A program made the translations under genes and the position numbers. A model generated the notes under the pieces. It did not search any database. It saw nothing but the letters and a program-made list of their open reading frames with translations, and was not told where the DNA came from. A stretch of 64,000 bases of DNA, taken from positions 1,348-65,347 of the forward strand of contig NW_018405566.1 of the NCBI RefSeq assembly GCF_002113885.1. The letters are read 5' to 3'. The DNA comes from Mizuhopecten yessoensis (taxonomy: Eukaryota). Below, piece after piece: positions 38,771 through 51,124 of this stretch (within the stretch, counting starts at the first letter, position 1; each line of letters starts with the position of its first letter).

Positions 38771-41394
38771 AGCAAGTGAAATACCAATTCACAAATTCAG
38801 TCATTTTATATAAATAATTGTTTGAACTTTTGTGCCAGACAAAGGGACATGCTAATTGATCACATTACATATATAAGACCAGTGTGTTTGTAGGGAGTAT
38901 GAATTGATGTTTGATGACGCTGAGGGGAATCAACTGATTTCTGCCCGTACTTCCACTGGTCTTCGAATATCCACGTATTCTGTTTCTGCAACAAAAGTAC
39001 GATAGAGACGATATGATGATATTTGTTACCTATATAGATATAAATCTGCTGGGTAATCTTTTGGGGAAAATGAAAAATAAACGGAACAGAAAATCAATGA
39101 ATTGGAAATAGACCTAACGTACTTGTAAGAACTATTTTGACCTGTTGACCTACACTTTACATATGTTTGTGTACCAGATCATAATATGGGACCAGGGAGT
39201 ATATTTTAAGACTAGAACAAAGAGGGTTTTGTTATCATTATCATTTTTCTCCCGTTTTTGTGTGTATGTTTTCACAGTGAATGTATAAACGTACATAGCA
39301 GTCTATGTATAAAATCAATAAACGCCTTGAATGAGTTTCAATTTCACATAAATCCAATTACTTCACTAGAACTTGTGTTAATGACAGTTTTTGCTTGTTT
39401 CACTACAGAGCCTTCTGAATTGACATTCTTTATATCAATACATCTCCAGAAGTAAGATTTTTTTAACGATTTCTAATCACATTACCAAGATTAAATCGGA
39501 ATATTCGCAAAGACCACATTAGATGACTTAGAGTTTTCTATCGTCTTATTCATCAGGTCCATTGTTTACACTACACTATCACAAAGTCATCACTTCATGA
39601 CCTGCTTTTAATCTGACGTCATAAGTGAGTGATATTCTATAAAATTATCCGCAATAATATAACAGAACAAATCTTTGTATGCGGTTTTGGAATTATTTGA
39701 ATCTTCAGGAGGGTTTCGGGGTCAAGTTGAAGTATTTACAATTACAACCTGTACGTGTACATTACACAATACAATTGTGAAACGTTACACATCAATATAC
39801 GTGTTTAACATGTTTACAAGTTGTATACACATATTACTATCAGTGAAATGTGTTAATATTATACATGTATCAAATCAAGCAATGAATCTTTAAATAAATG
39901 ATTTTTTTATACTATAACACGGATTGCTAACACTGACAACTTAAAAAGCCCCGGTAGGTAATTATCCCAGTTAATCAGCTGGCGTGATAAAGGACTTTAC
40001 CACTATTTATTTATTATATTTTTACATATCAAACATATCAATAACAATTCCTTTGTTTAACTCATTCACCCCTACATTTTTAAAATGGACTTGCCCATTA
40101 TTTTGTTTTGTAAGGTTTCAATGTGACTTTAAGGGTTACTGGGTTAATATGTTTATGCTCCTTATGTCTTTTCGTGAAGTTCTCAGATCAACATAACCAA
40201 TAGGAAGAAATCGATCATCTGTAAATGTACTTAGTTTGATTCCAGAATCGAGAAAAGGTAAGTTTGAAACAAAGAAACCATAACAGAGTGTTAATGAATT
40301 GATTTAAGGAACCGTTAATACAACTACGTACCTGGGACGCGCATGTCCATATATTCACAAGGGCTACCAACGTCTTCTGCAGGTTTATCATCCGTTCTAA
40401 AGCAACATTATTTAAACATTTAAATTGTTATTTAAGAATTAAACATAAAGGAAGTCTATAAAAAGTTGCGCATTATTTGTTTCTACAAAGGTTATTACAA
40501 AAAACGGATTCCCACAATAGTCACCTCTCATAACATGCAGTAGGATACAGCAGGTCCTGTCCCCATACCAGCACAGAGTTATTTTGTTTCTTTTACAAAT
40601 TAAGACAATATCATTGAAGGAATTTTATGAAAATAAACCCCATATAAATGCTGAAGAGCATTAGCAGGGAAAGAAAAGTATTATAATAACATAACAATGT
40701 CAATTCAAGGATGAAGACAAAAGGTCATTCTATAGAATAACTTGTTGTAGACTGTCTACCAACTACAAGCTTCTTAGCTTTTTCATCAAAAACATATATA
40801 TAACTAATAAAAACTAATTTGATGCAAAAGATTGTATCATATTTTTGTTTTGTTTTTGTTCCAAAATGCTACGATTTTATTATTGCGTATTTTTCCCAAA
40901 AACTCCATGAAAAGCAAGATATATATATGCATGTTACAAATGCTCAAAGAAGAAACACTTACTTTTCTGACTCGCCCTCTACAAAATAATATAATACAAA
41001 TACGTTTCACATTAATGTAAATCAGGTCGATATCCTAAATCTGTCATCAAATCTATCCTATATTTACTATATTTAACTGTTAAAAATATATAATTATCTC
41101 GTAGTTACATGTCCTTTTCCTAGGTGGTGACAAACTTTTCATTATGGCGTCATTCGTGATAAATAGAAGTCGAGGGTGGGGGGAGGTGGGGGTGTATTCA
41201 CAGATAACGTTACAAGACCTATCTCAATTTATAAGAATCAGTGGTCGTAATAATAAACCAAGGCGAACAAAACCCCAATTAATATAGGAGACGTGTATCA
41301 CAGTAAATCTAAAAGCTTAGGTAAACAAGATATTTTGAATAGCGTTTACCAATAAGAATCCAATTAACTAGCACACAAGAACAATATGAACCAC

Positions 41395-41606
41395 AATACA
41401 CGACCCCGTCAACACACAACAACAAATACACGACCCCGTCAACACACAACAACAAATACACGACCCCGTCAACACACAACAACAAATACACGACCCTGTC
41501 AACACACAACAACAAATACACAACCCCGTCAACACACAACAACAAATACACGACCCCGTCAACACACAACAACAAATACACGACCCCGTCAACACACAAT
41601 AACAAC
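41395..41606. repeat. 30-bp minisatellite (~7 units)
   Basis: aatacacgaccccgtcaacacacaacaaca. Confidence 0.95.
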
Positions 41607-41682
41607 ATAGGCCACAGTTTTGTCTAAAATGACAGTTTATACCAAATAGTAACCACATAAAGGAAGCCAAGGGCTGTTCAAT

Positions 41683-41705
41683 TCATTGCCAATATTTGTA
41701 CTGTT
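41683..41705 (-). CDS. IgSF/FN3 receptor, candidate last coding exon (EQYKYWQ*)
   Basis: attcag acceptor, phase-compatible with the upstream exon; tentative. Confidence 0.35.
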
Positions 41706-42482
41706 CTGAATCATGAATGTGGAAGCTGATATATATCGTAATATATGTGTGAGCAGTTTTTGGTGTGCCCATCTCCATATCATTTCAGAAGATAAACATG
41801 GTGACATCAGGTGTTGACAATTGCAGAGCCCGCGGCAGCCATCTTATAATTTGGGTTGATTCGATAATTCACATAAGTTACAAGAGGCAACCAAGGAAAC
41901 GGTGTAGCATGTTAGGTTAATAATGGACAGGTAGAACTAACAAAGAAGATTGTTGAAGGCAACTGTCAAATCAACATTCATTTAACTGTTATCGAAAACG
42001 AGAGGTTGACATTTTGCTTACTTACAATATGTCAATATGTTAATACAATATTAACCAAAGGAATATTTCTATTAAGTATGACTTATACTGGAATAGTCGT
42101 CCGAATTATTCTGACGTTTATCGACTTTTTTCATATCGGTCTGTGGTCGATTAACGTCAGAACTCCGGCCCTCTATAATATGCGGGAAATATGCGACCCG
42201 CGCCCGGAGCGCACTTCAAACTGATATTTTAGAAACAAATCGTCACTTTCACACACATGTCGCACATGGATCGAAAGATCTATTCTTTATTCTTTATATA
42301 TTTTCAGAGGTGATAATGTTAATGTTTCCTGGGATCATATTTTAACTTCTTTTTTTATCAAATTCGAATTCAAATTACGCATTTATGACAATTAATTAGT
42401 CATACAACATGACCATCAAATATTTTGACGTAAATTCGACACCACACTTTTCTGTGTATGCACATGTATAATTTATATTTAC

Positions 42483-42636
42483 CCGTTTCATCCACTTCCG
42501 TTATCGTTATTGAAACCATATCTCCCGATGTTGAGTCTTTGTTTACAATGTCGGGCGTGGGCACTGGGCTTCTATGTTTACGACTAGCAGGCTTCTTTAA
42601 GACAGCCGGTTTCGGCTTCTTTGCAGACAGATCCTT
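42483..42636 (-). CDS. IgSF/FN3 receptor cytoplasmic exon (Lys/Pro-rich)
   Basis: tttcag acceptor, gtaaat donor; KDLSAKKPKPAVLKKP..; phase 0 to 1. Confidence 0.7.
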
Positions 42637-43224
42637 CTGAAACATAATCATTGCCAACACTTAATGTTAAACAAACTCACAAATAGCTAAGCATAAAGTC
42701 ATAATATATATGGAATTGAGTTTGCACGGGTTTTCCTCACCCATTTGGGCTCGAATTTGCTTGAGAGGGTGAGGTTTGCAGTTTTCCCCTCATCCCTTTG
42801 TGCTGGAGTTTGCACGATTTTCTCTCACCCTATTGAGCGCTGCTTGCACACCAACTTCACTCCATTGAGCTAAATTTTACGTTCACCCCATTTATCTTAA
42901 ATTCTACCTTCCCTACGATTGAGCTGGAGTTTTAACCATCCCCAATATGCACGTTTGCTCTGACATATCAATACATAATGTATAATTTGAAAGGTTCAGA
43001 TGTTAAACCAACGAAAATAATCATCAATATATGACGGGGCAACATGACCTACTCTAATTTGTTTAGATATAAAGCAAGAGAAAGGATTGCATTACTTTCC
43101 CTTGAAAAACATACATGATCGTATGGAAAACATAGTTTTTTCGATAAAGGTTGGGAACACTTTTCAACACGTTTTCAACAATCAAAAGCTACTTTGACTT
43201 TGAGCTTAACTCGGCAAGACTCAC

Positions 43225-43345
43225 CTCCTGGTCAGTTTTTGGAACAACTAGTGACACATTTCCTTCTCCTGCTGTTACTGAACCGGAACCCGAAGATGTG
43301 AAAAGAGCAGATCCACCAGGTATGTCGTCATAAATATTGCCAAAG
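43225..43345 (-). CDS. IgSF/FN3 receptor cytoplasmic exon (NIYDDI)
   Basis: tttgtag acceptor, gag|gtgagt donor; phase 2 to 0. Confidence 0.75.
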
Positions 43346-44369
43346 CTACAAATTGATTCAAATTATTCCGAAAATATCACATTTAGTAATAATGTTTCAT
43401 TATAGTTGATCAAAGTATATTGTTTAAAAATTCGCTCTCTACAAAATTTAAAAACACCATCGATTGAGTGTCCATCAGTAAAATCAATGACTCTGTGACA
43501 TAAAATGATCGCTAGAAACACGAAATAAGTAACCTCTTTAAAAATGAAAGTTTAATTCGTAAACGATGCAAAATGTCAGGCAAAGCATATATTGTTACTG
43601 CGCCATATGGACACGACGTCTATTTTTTGTTAAAAGAAAGCATGCATATAAGACTAATGTACGTCTTACTGCTGTATTCAGCTGTCCTCGTCAGATTTAT
43701 AACAATGACAAGCAACAAAAAAAAATAAACGCCTTTTGATACATTTATACAATACCTCAGCACGTGTCAGTGTAACCTTTGGTGTCCCACGGTTTAACTG
43801 AGGAATGTTTGACGGCGATGTATGTAATAGTATGGATATTTTGTTATTTGATTTGTAATGCATTAGCTGTATTTCTTAAAAAACAAATCAGTTCCATGTT
43901 TTAACAGGTAATCGGATTATTCGGTCGGAGGTTAGATCGGATAATGGATTAGCCATACAATTGAGTAGTTATCCAAGTGTTTAATATAGTTTTTCACTGT
44001 AGACGTAATATTACTTCATCGGCCCATAATAATAAATAAAAAAAAAATGGATTGAAAGAATACGTACTCGTTCAGTATACATTGTATCAAATATATTTTT
44101 GTGATTATATATGGCCAAAGTAGATACCCGTGGTTTCCAGGATTGTGTAACAACTTATTTAAAATGGTGCAGGTCAATTTTCAATTTTATTAAAAAATTA
44201 ACTTGAACGCGATTTGCTCATCATTTTGCTCACATATACTGTTGCCCGGTTTCGTGTTGGAAATCCTTCACGGGAAGCTTGTTCATTAACTTAAACCTTG
44301 TTATTCGCCGCTATGACAAATGTTATTGCATACAAAAATTTCATTATTCCCAAAAATCCATTTTCACAA

Positions 44370-44838
44370 AAAAGGACAATTAGGAACCTTAGTGTCAATC
44401 TTGAGTAGGATCCCTCCGGCACTTTCTAAGAAATAGCGCTAACAATATTTGATTATCAAAATTCAAGATAGCCGCCAAACGGTCATCTCCGTTTCCAATC
44501 AGTCAAATAATTCGATAAGCGTAACAAGGGGACATGAGGATCCTTCATTTGAAATTTGAAGAAAAAACTTAAACTCTTCTTCATAAATAGTGCTAGCAAA
44601 CTTCAACTCCCAAAATTCAAAATTGATGCCTACCGTCTTGGTTTTCCGACCAGTCCCAAAATTCGATATGATTATTAAAGGGCTATCGGAAACCTTAATG
44701 TGAAAGTTGAGAAAGATCCCTTTAGCACTGTCTGAGAGATAGTGCTAACAAGAATTCTTAAAGAACGGAGGAACGACGGAACGCGAACGAAGGATAATTT
44801 AGATAGCCCAATATCAGATTGTGGTGGGCTAATAAAAA
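44370..44838. mobile_element. Helentron/HINE-type element (~150-bp internal repeats)
   Basis: Three diverged units containing aatagNgctaNcaa; gacgg motifs; terminal hairpin tagccca..tgggcta. Confidence 0.6.
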
Positions 44839-44977
44839 GGACAACGGTACATATTTGACGCAGAAATGACTGTTCCAGTCTGATGTAATAATTAAATGTA
44901 TAGTTCTGAGACCAATGTCCACATCACAACAGTTGGAATAGAGGAGAGATAAAAGCATCAGGTATCGTTTGACTTAC

Positions 44978-44999
44978 TTTTCTTTCTTGTTTACGTCAT
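44978..44999 (-). CDS. 22-nt micro-exon of the IgSF/FN3 receptor
   Basis: ttacag|atgacgtaaacaagaaagaaaa|gtaagt; phase 1 to 2, required for frame. Confidence 0.7.
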
Positions 45000-45250
45000 C
45001 TGTAATAACAATTTTTAATTATAAACGGATATAGCTGTTAAGTTGTTATGGAGGTAACGATGGTCGCGAGTAAAATAGAAACATCCAATTCGAAGGTTAA
45101 AGTAACAAAAGGAACAGAGATGACACAAACAAAACCAAAATGACATGTTAACCGCATTGCTCTTAAAAACTACAACAGAGACCAGATCAATTGCTCAGAA
45201 AAGGCAAACGTTTTTAATTCGCGTGTGGCATCCAAGTTGGTAAGAATTAT

Positions 45251-48205
45251 TATATTACCTACCTATATTTCTAACAGTTATTATATATCACCTACCTTTA
45301 TTTGTAGCAGTAGTTTATATCACATACCTTTATTTGTAGCAGCAGTTATATCACCTACCATTATTTGTGACAGTAGTTTTATCACCTACCTATATTTGTA
45401 ACAGTAGTTTATCACCTACTTATATTTGTAACAGTAGTTATATCACCTACCTATATTTGTAACAGAAGTTTTATCACCTACCTATATCTGTAACAGTAGT
45501 TTTATCACCTACCTATATTTGTAACAGTAGTAATATCACTTACCTATTTTTGTTACAGTAGTTATATCACCTACCTATATTTGTAACAGTAGTTATATCA
45601 CCTACTTATATTTGTAACAAATAATATATCACCTACCTATATTTGTAACAAATGTTATATCACCTACCTTTATTTGTAACAGTAGTTATATCATCTACCT
45701 ATACTTTTAACAAATGTTATACCATCTACCTATATTTGTAACAGTAGTTATATCACTTACCTATATCTGTAGCAGTAGTTATATCACCTACCTTTATTTG
45801 TAACAAATGTTATAATCACCTACCTATATTTGTAACAGTAGTTATACCACCTACCTATATTTGTAATAGTAGTTATATCACCTACCTATATTTCTAACAA
45901 ATGTTATAATCACCTACCTATATTTGTAACAGTAGTTATACCACCTACCTATATTTGTAATAGTAGTTATATCACCTACCTATATTTCTAACAAATGTTA
46001 TAATCACCTACCTATATTTGTAACAGTAGTTATACCACCTACCTATATTTGTAATAGTAGTTATATCACCTACCTATATTTCTAACAAATGTTATAATCA
46101 CCTACCTATATTTGTAACAAATGTTTTACCACCTACCTATATTTGTAACAACTGTTATATCACCTACTTATATTGGTAACAAATATTATATCACCTACCT
46201 ATATTTGTAACAGTTTGTTTGATCACCTACCTATATCTGTAGCAGTAGTTATATCACCTACCATTATTTGTAACAAATGATATATATCCTACCTATATTT
46301 GTAACAAATGTTATTCCACCTACCTATATTTGTAACAAATGTTTTATCACCTACCGATATTTGTAACAGTAGTTATACCACCTACCTATATTTGTAATAG
46401 TAGTTATATCACCTACCTATATTTGTAACAGTTGTTATACCACCAACCTATATTTGTAACAGTAGTTAACCACCTACCTATATTTGTAACAGTTTTTATA
46501 TCACCTACCTATATTTGTAACAAATGTTATACCACCTACTTATATTTGTAACAGTAGTTATACCACCTACCTATATATGTAGCAGTAGTCATATCACCTA
46601 CCTATATTTTGTAACAGTAGTTATATTACCTACATATATTTGTAACATTAGTTATACCACCTACCTATATTTGTAACAAATAATATATCACCTACCTATA
46701 TTTGTAACAGTAGTTATATCACCTACCTATATTTGTAACAAATGTTATATCACCTACCTTTATTTGTAGCAGTTTGTTTTATCACCTACCTATATTTGTA
46801 GCAGTTTGTTTTATCACCTACCTATATTTGTAGCAGTTTGTTTTATCACCTACCTATATTTGTAGCAGTTTGTTTTATCACCTACCTATAATTGTAATAA
46901 ATGTTATATCACCTACCCATATTTGTAACAGTAGTTATATCACCTACCTATATTTGTAACAAATGTTATACCACCTACTTATATTTGTAACAGTAGTTCA
47001 ACCACCTACCTATATATGTAGCAGTAGTCATATCACCTACCTATATTTTGTAACAGTAGTTATATTACCTACCTATATTTGTAACATTAGTTATACCACC
47101 TACCTATATTTGTAACAAATAATATATCATCTACCTATATTTGTAACAGTAGTTATATCACCTACCTATATTTGTGACAAATGTTATACCACCTACATAT
47201 ATTTGTAACAGTAGTTATATCACCTACCTGTATCTGTAATAGTAGTTATACCACCTACCTATATTTCTAACAAATAATATATGACCTACCTATATTTGTA
47301 ACAAATGTTATATCACCTACCTTTATTTGTAACAGTAGTTATATCACCTACTTATATTTGTAACAGTAGTTATATCACCTACTTATATTTGTAACAGTAG
47401 TTATATCACCAACCTATATTTGTAACAGTAGTTATATCACCTACCTATATTTGTAACAGTAGTTCTATCACATACCTATATCTGTAACAAATGTTATATC
47501 ACCTACCTATATTTGTAACATTAGTTATATCACCTTCCTATATTTGTAACATTAGTTATATCACCTACCTATATTTGTAACAGTAGTTATATCACCTACC
47601 TATATTTGTAGCAGTAGTTTTATCACCTACGTATATTTGTAACAGTAGTTTGATCACCTACCTATATTTGTAACAAATAGTATATCACCTACCTATATTT
47701 GTAACAAATAATATATCACCTACCTATATTTGTAGCAGTTTGTTTTATCACCTACCTATATTTGTAGCAGTTTGTTTTATCACCTTCCTATATTTGTAAC
47801 AGTAGTTATATCACCTACCTATATTTGTAACAAATAATATATCACCTTCCTATATTTGTAACAAATGTTATATCACCTACCTATATTTGTAACAAATAAT
47901 ATATCACCTTCCTATATTTGTAGCAGTTTGTTTGATCACCTACCTATATTTGTAGCAGTTTGTTTTATCACCTTCCTATATTTGTAACAGTAGTTATATC
48001 ACCTACCTATATTTGTAGCAGTTTGTTTTGTCACCTACCTATATTTGTAGCAGTTTGTTTTGTCACCTACCTATATTTGTAGCAGTTTGTTTTGTCACCT
48101 ACCTATATTTGTAGCAGTTTGTCTTATCACCTTCCTATATTTGTAACAGTAGTTATATCACCTACCTATATTTGTAACAGTTTGTTTATCACCTACCTAA
48201 ATTTG
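45251..48205. repeat. 31-bp minisatellite, ~95 units, derived from an exon-intron junction
   Basis: Unit atcacctacctatatttgtaacagtagttat; on the gene strand GTAGGTG...CAAATATAG. Confidence 0.97.
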
Positions 48206-48270
48206 AACCAATGGAGTTGTAAATACCAGATACCGGGCCTGCAGTTCTCTTTGTTCCTTCTTTACCTTTT
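48197..48270 (-). CDS. IgSF/FN3 receptor cytoplasmic exon (GIYNSI)
   Basis: ttttag acceptor, ag|gtaggt donor; KGKEGTKRTAGPVSGIYNSIGSNL; phase 2 to 1. Confidence 0.75.
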
Positions 48271-48561
48271 CTAAAATAATGATCGTGATATTATATCAAT
48301 AGTTTTATATCAATATAGACAAACAATTTACTACAATCATGTTTGGGAACCATGCATCCTTTGAAATGAAACAGAATTCAGTTTTTGATGTCTGACCGAA
48401 ATATTATTTTAATGACATATTACAAATAATCAAATAGTAATCGACGACTCCCATGGTAGCAAAACATTTAATTATGTATCAGAAATCCGACTATGTAGTT
48501 GTTTTTTGTAGGTTTTGTATTCAAAGCAGTAAAAACCCTAAACGACCTGCAGCCAACTTAC

Positions 48562-48583
48562 CTTGCATTTCGAAGTCGTTTTT
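48562..48583 (-). CDS. 22-nt micro-exon of the IgSF/FN3 receptor
   Basis: tttcag|aaaaacgacttcgaaatgcaag|gtaagt; phase 1 to 2. Confidence 0.7.
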
Positions 48584-48627
48584 CTGAAACGGAGAACCCA
48601 GTTATCATTAGTATTGTACAAAAAGAG

Positions 48628-49068
48628 TTTGGTTTGGTTTGGTTTGGTTTAACGTCCTATCAACTATTCGTGTAGTGTTTTGGGAGGCTGCAAAATGTTC
48701 GCGTTTGTCTCCTTTTGATAGCGTGGAACTGATGCCGACTTTATAGTGCTACCTCACTGAAAAATACTGCCGAAGACACCCAACAAGATGGGGTACCCCA
48801 CCCGGTCACATTATACTGACAACGGGCGAACCAGTCGTCCAACTCCTAAATTGCTGAGCGTTATGCAGGAGTAGAAACTACCATTTTTCCAGACTCTAGT
48901 ATGTCTCGGCCAGGGGAAAACCCCCAAAGCCTTCCTCACAGGGGCGAACGCTGAACTAAAGGCCAAAAGTTAGGCATTGTCATGGGAGATTTTAGGTGGA
49001 AGGAAGTTGTTTAGAAAGAAGAGAAAAGATAAGATACCAAATTTAGTCGCCTCTTACGATTATGCAAT
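48628..49068 (-). mobile_element. Near full-length Meta-type SINE with 5' leader
   Basis: Degenerate tRNA head, cagtataatgtgaccgggtggg core, Nimb-like tail, (AAACC)n. Confidence 0.8.
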
Positions 49069-49425
49069 GATAACAATTCTATATTTCATTACGTTTGATT
49101 TTTTTTCTAGTAAAATATAGTGTTGAACGCTCAACATTAAAACCAAACGTGAGGTATTAACAAGCAAATCACTAGTAAATAAAATTACTTTAAAAGTAGA
49201 GAGAAATATTAATATCCCAGCTATTGCAACGGGTGCAGCAGATTCATTTTGGTCACTTTTGTGTCCCCAAGTAGAGGACACAAAAGCAAAACCCCAATTC
49301 TGCATCGGATTCACGCATTAGTCGCCTCTTACGAAACCAATACAGTGGGTAACAGCAGGTGTATTCTTCTCTCGATCCTCGACCTGCAGGGTTGGTGTGT
49401 GCTTCATTAATTCATATTATATACC

Positions 49426-49601
49426 TGTGTCAGGGTTCAATTGTACATAGGATTAAGGTCGCCTTCTAGCTTCGAGCTAGAGGGAATTTCCCTTTAGCTC
49501 AGTGGTAAAGCGTCCGACTAGGAACCTGGAGATCGAGGGTTCAATCCCCGGTGGAAGCACACTATTCTCTTTCCTTTTACAAATGGGGCCGTGACCAGGA
49601 T
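49426..49601 (+). mobile_element. LTR containing a tRNA-like Pol III cassette, followed by a tRNA-His-type PBS
   Basis: A box tagctcagtgg, B box ggttcaatcc; LTR end ccttttaCA at 49581; PBS tggggccgtgaccaggat 49584-49601. Confidence 0.6.
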
Positions 49602-49984
49602 ACCATACCACATACCATTAGTGATCGGTTTGTTTCAGAGGATAAATAGCTACCGATACGAATCATGAAATATGTATCATATTACTAATGCTAAGTTACA
49701 GAAAAGATATAACAAGTTATCTAAATTAGCACGATATACATTGATATGAATGTAAACAGACTGAATGAAATGTACAATTTCTAAATGAGTACCTACTGTA
49801 TCTTAGACGTACCTCAACATGTACTTTTGTTATATGTATTGCTGATTATGCCTTTGAATGAAATTTTAAAAAATTGAAAGAGAAAAATATACAGTATAGG
49901 TTTTAAACCATGGTGTCCAAGCCTTTATCAAATATAACGTCAATTAATGAAATATGTTGGAATGTTCAGTAGATCTCTACTCAC

Positions 49985-50110
49985 CGATGGCAGGTGCATC
50001 GGTTTTGCTAAAGTTGTCCAAGTCTTCGTACACAGGATCAGACTCTTTGACCTCCGGTGACCGACACGGAGCGGGCAGTCCACAGAGGCTGCTGCCCCGT
50101 GATACATTTC
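49985..50110 (-). CDS. IgSF/FN3 receptor cytoplasmic exon (PVYEDL)
   Basis: tttcaaag acceptor, g|gtgagt donor; phase 1 to 1. Confidence 0.8.
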
Positions 50111-50637
50111 CTTTGAAACAAAAGAAACTGTTAATTAACATTTTACTAAGATGAGGGTAAAAAGAAGAATGGTAATATGAATATGGACATATGTATTAAA
50201 ATACGACAACTGGAAAATCATCTATTTTCGAGAGATTTTTAATTTATTGATCTTGAATAAATAATGTCGATCGACAAATGCATGGATTTTCCTAATTCGA
50301 TGACCTGGAATCAGGCCAAATCGACTCTTAAGAAGTTTCACCATAACAATATTGACGATATCTTTTCGCGAATTCATATCTTCAATCTTGATTATTTTTA
50401 GCAGAACGAAAACGCCAAACAAGAGGGATAAATACAAGTTGTAATAACTTATTAAATAATTTCTGTAAATTAAATAAGTTTTAGATAAAATCCTTTTGAA
50501 GAAATCAGCCTGTATTCACAGATATTTTCTAACCGTAAAAGAATTCTGTTGGAAATATTTAAACTAAGGTACTTCATAGAGATATCTACGTTTATTGCTT
50601 GAGACTTGTGCATGTGAATTTTCTTTCTTTATGTTAC

Positions 50638-50742
50638 CTTGCTTAAGTCTAATCGCCAAGCCGATTCCAATCATCAGCAGTATAAGGCTGGCTACCACAA
50701 TCAATGATAAACCAACATGGAAGTACGCTATTCCATTCTCAT
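50638..50742 (-). CDS. IgSF/FN3 receptor transmembrane exon
   Basis: DENGIAYFHVGLSLIVVASLILLMIGIGLAIRLKQ; tttcag acceptor, aag|gtaaca donor. Confidence 0.85.
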
Positions 50743-51124
50743 CTGAAATTATACAGCCACTGCTATTATATTTTTTGATAATGCCGTATAACAACGCTGA
50801 AATACAGCATTCCACCCTTATCTGAAATCTTACAGCCACATATATTTTTGTTTTATAATGCCGTATTATATGGAAAAACAGCATTCCATTTTGATCTGAA
50901 TTCATACAAAATCAATAATTTGATGTTTTAAGATGCGATTAATGCGAAAATCACGTTTAAATGTAAAAAGTTCTTTCTTTCTTTCTTTAAAATAATCGCA
51001 TGTGAAACAAATGACGCATTATTATGCCAATATTCACATTAAATTCCAGAATAAGTCTTTAGTTTCTTGGGTATGTATATAGTCCAATGTTAGACCAAGA
51101 GCTACTCGTAAACCTTTTTGCAAT

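Noticed and set aside
41309-41670. Cys-rich or repeat-protein ORFs
   Set aside because: Translations of the 30-bp minisatellite on both strands.
45251-48205. CRISPR-like repeat/spacer pattern
   Set aside because: Variable parts are a few recurring short variants, not unique spacers; eukaryotic context and no cas genes. The same applies to the 41-bp and 30-bp arrays.
49488-49559. Functional tRNA-Pro gene
   Set aside because: Acceptor and anticodon stems pair poorly; embedded in an LTR/PBS context.
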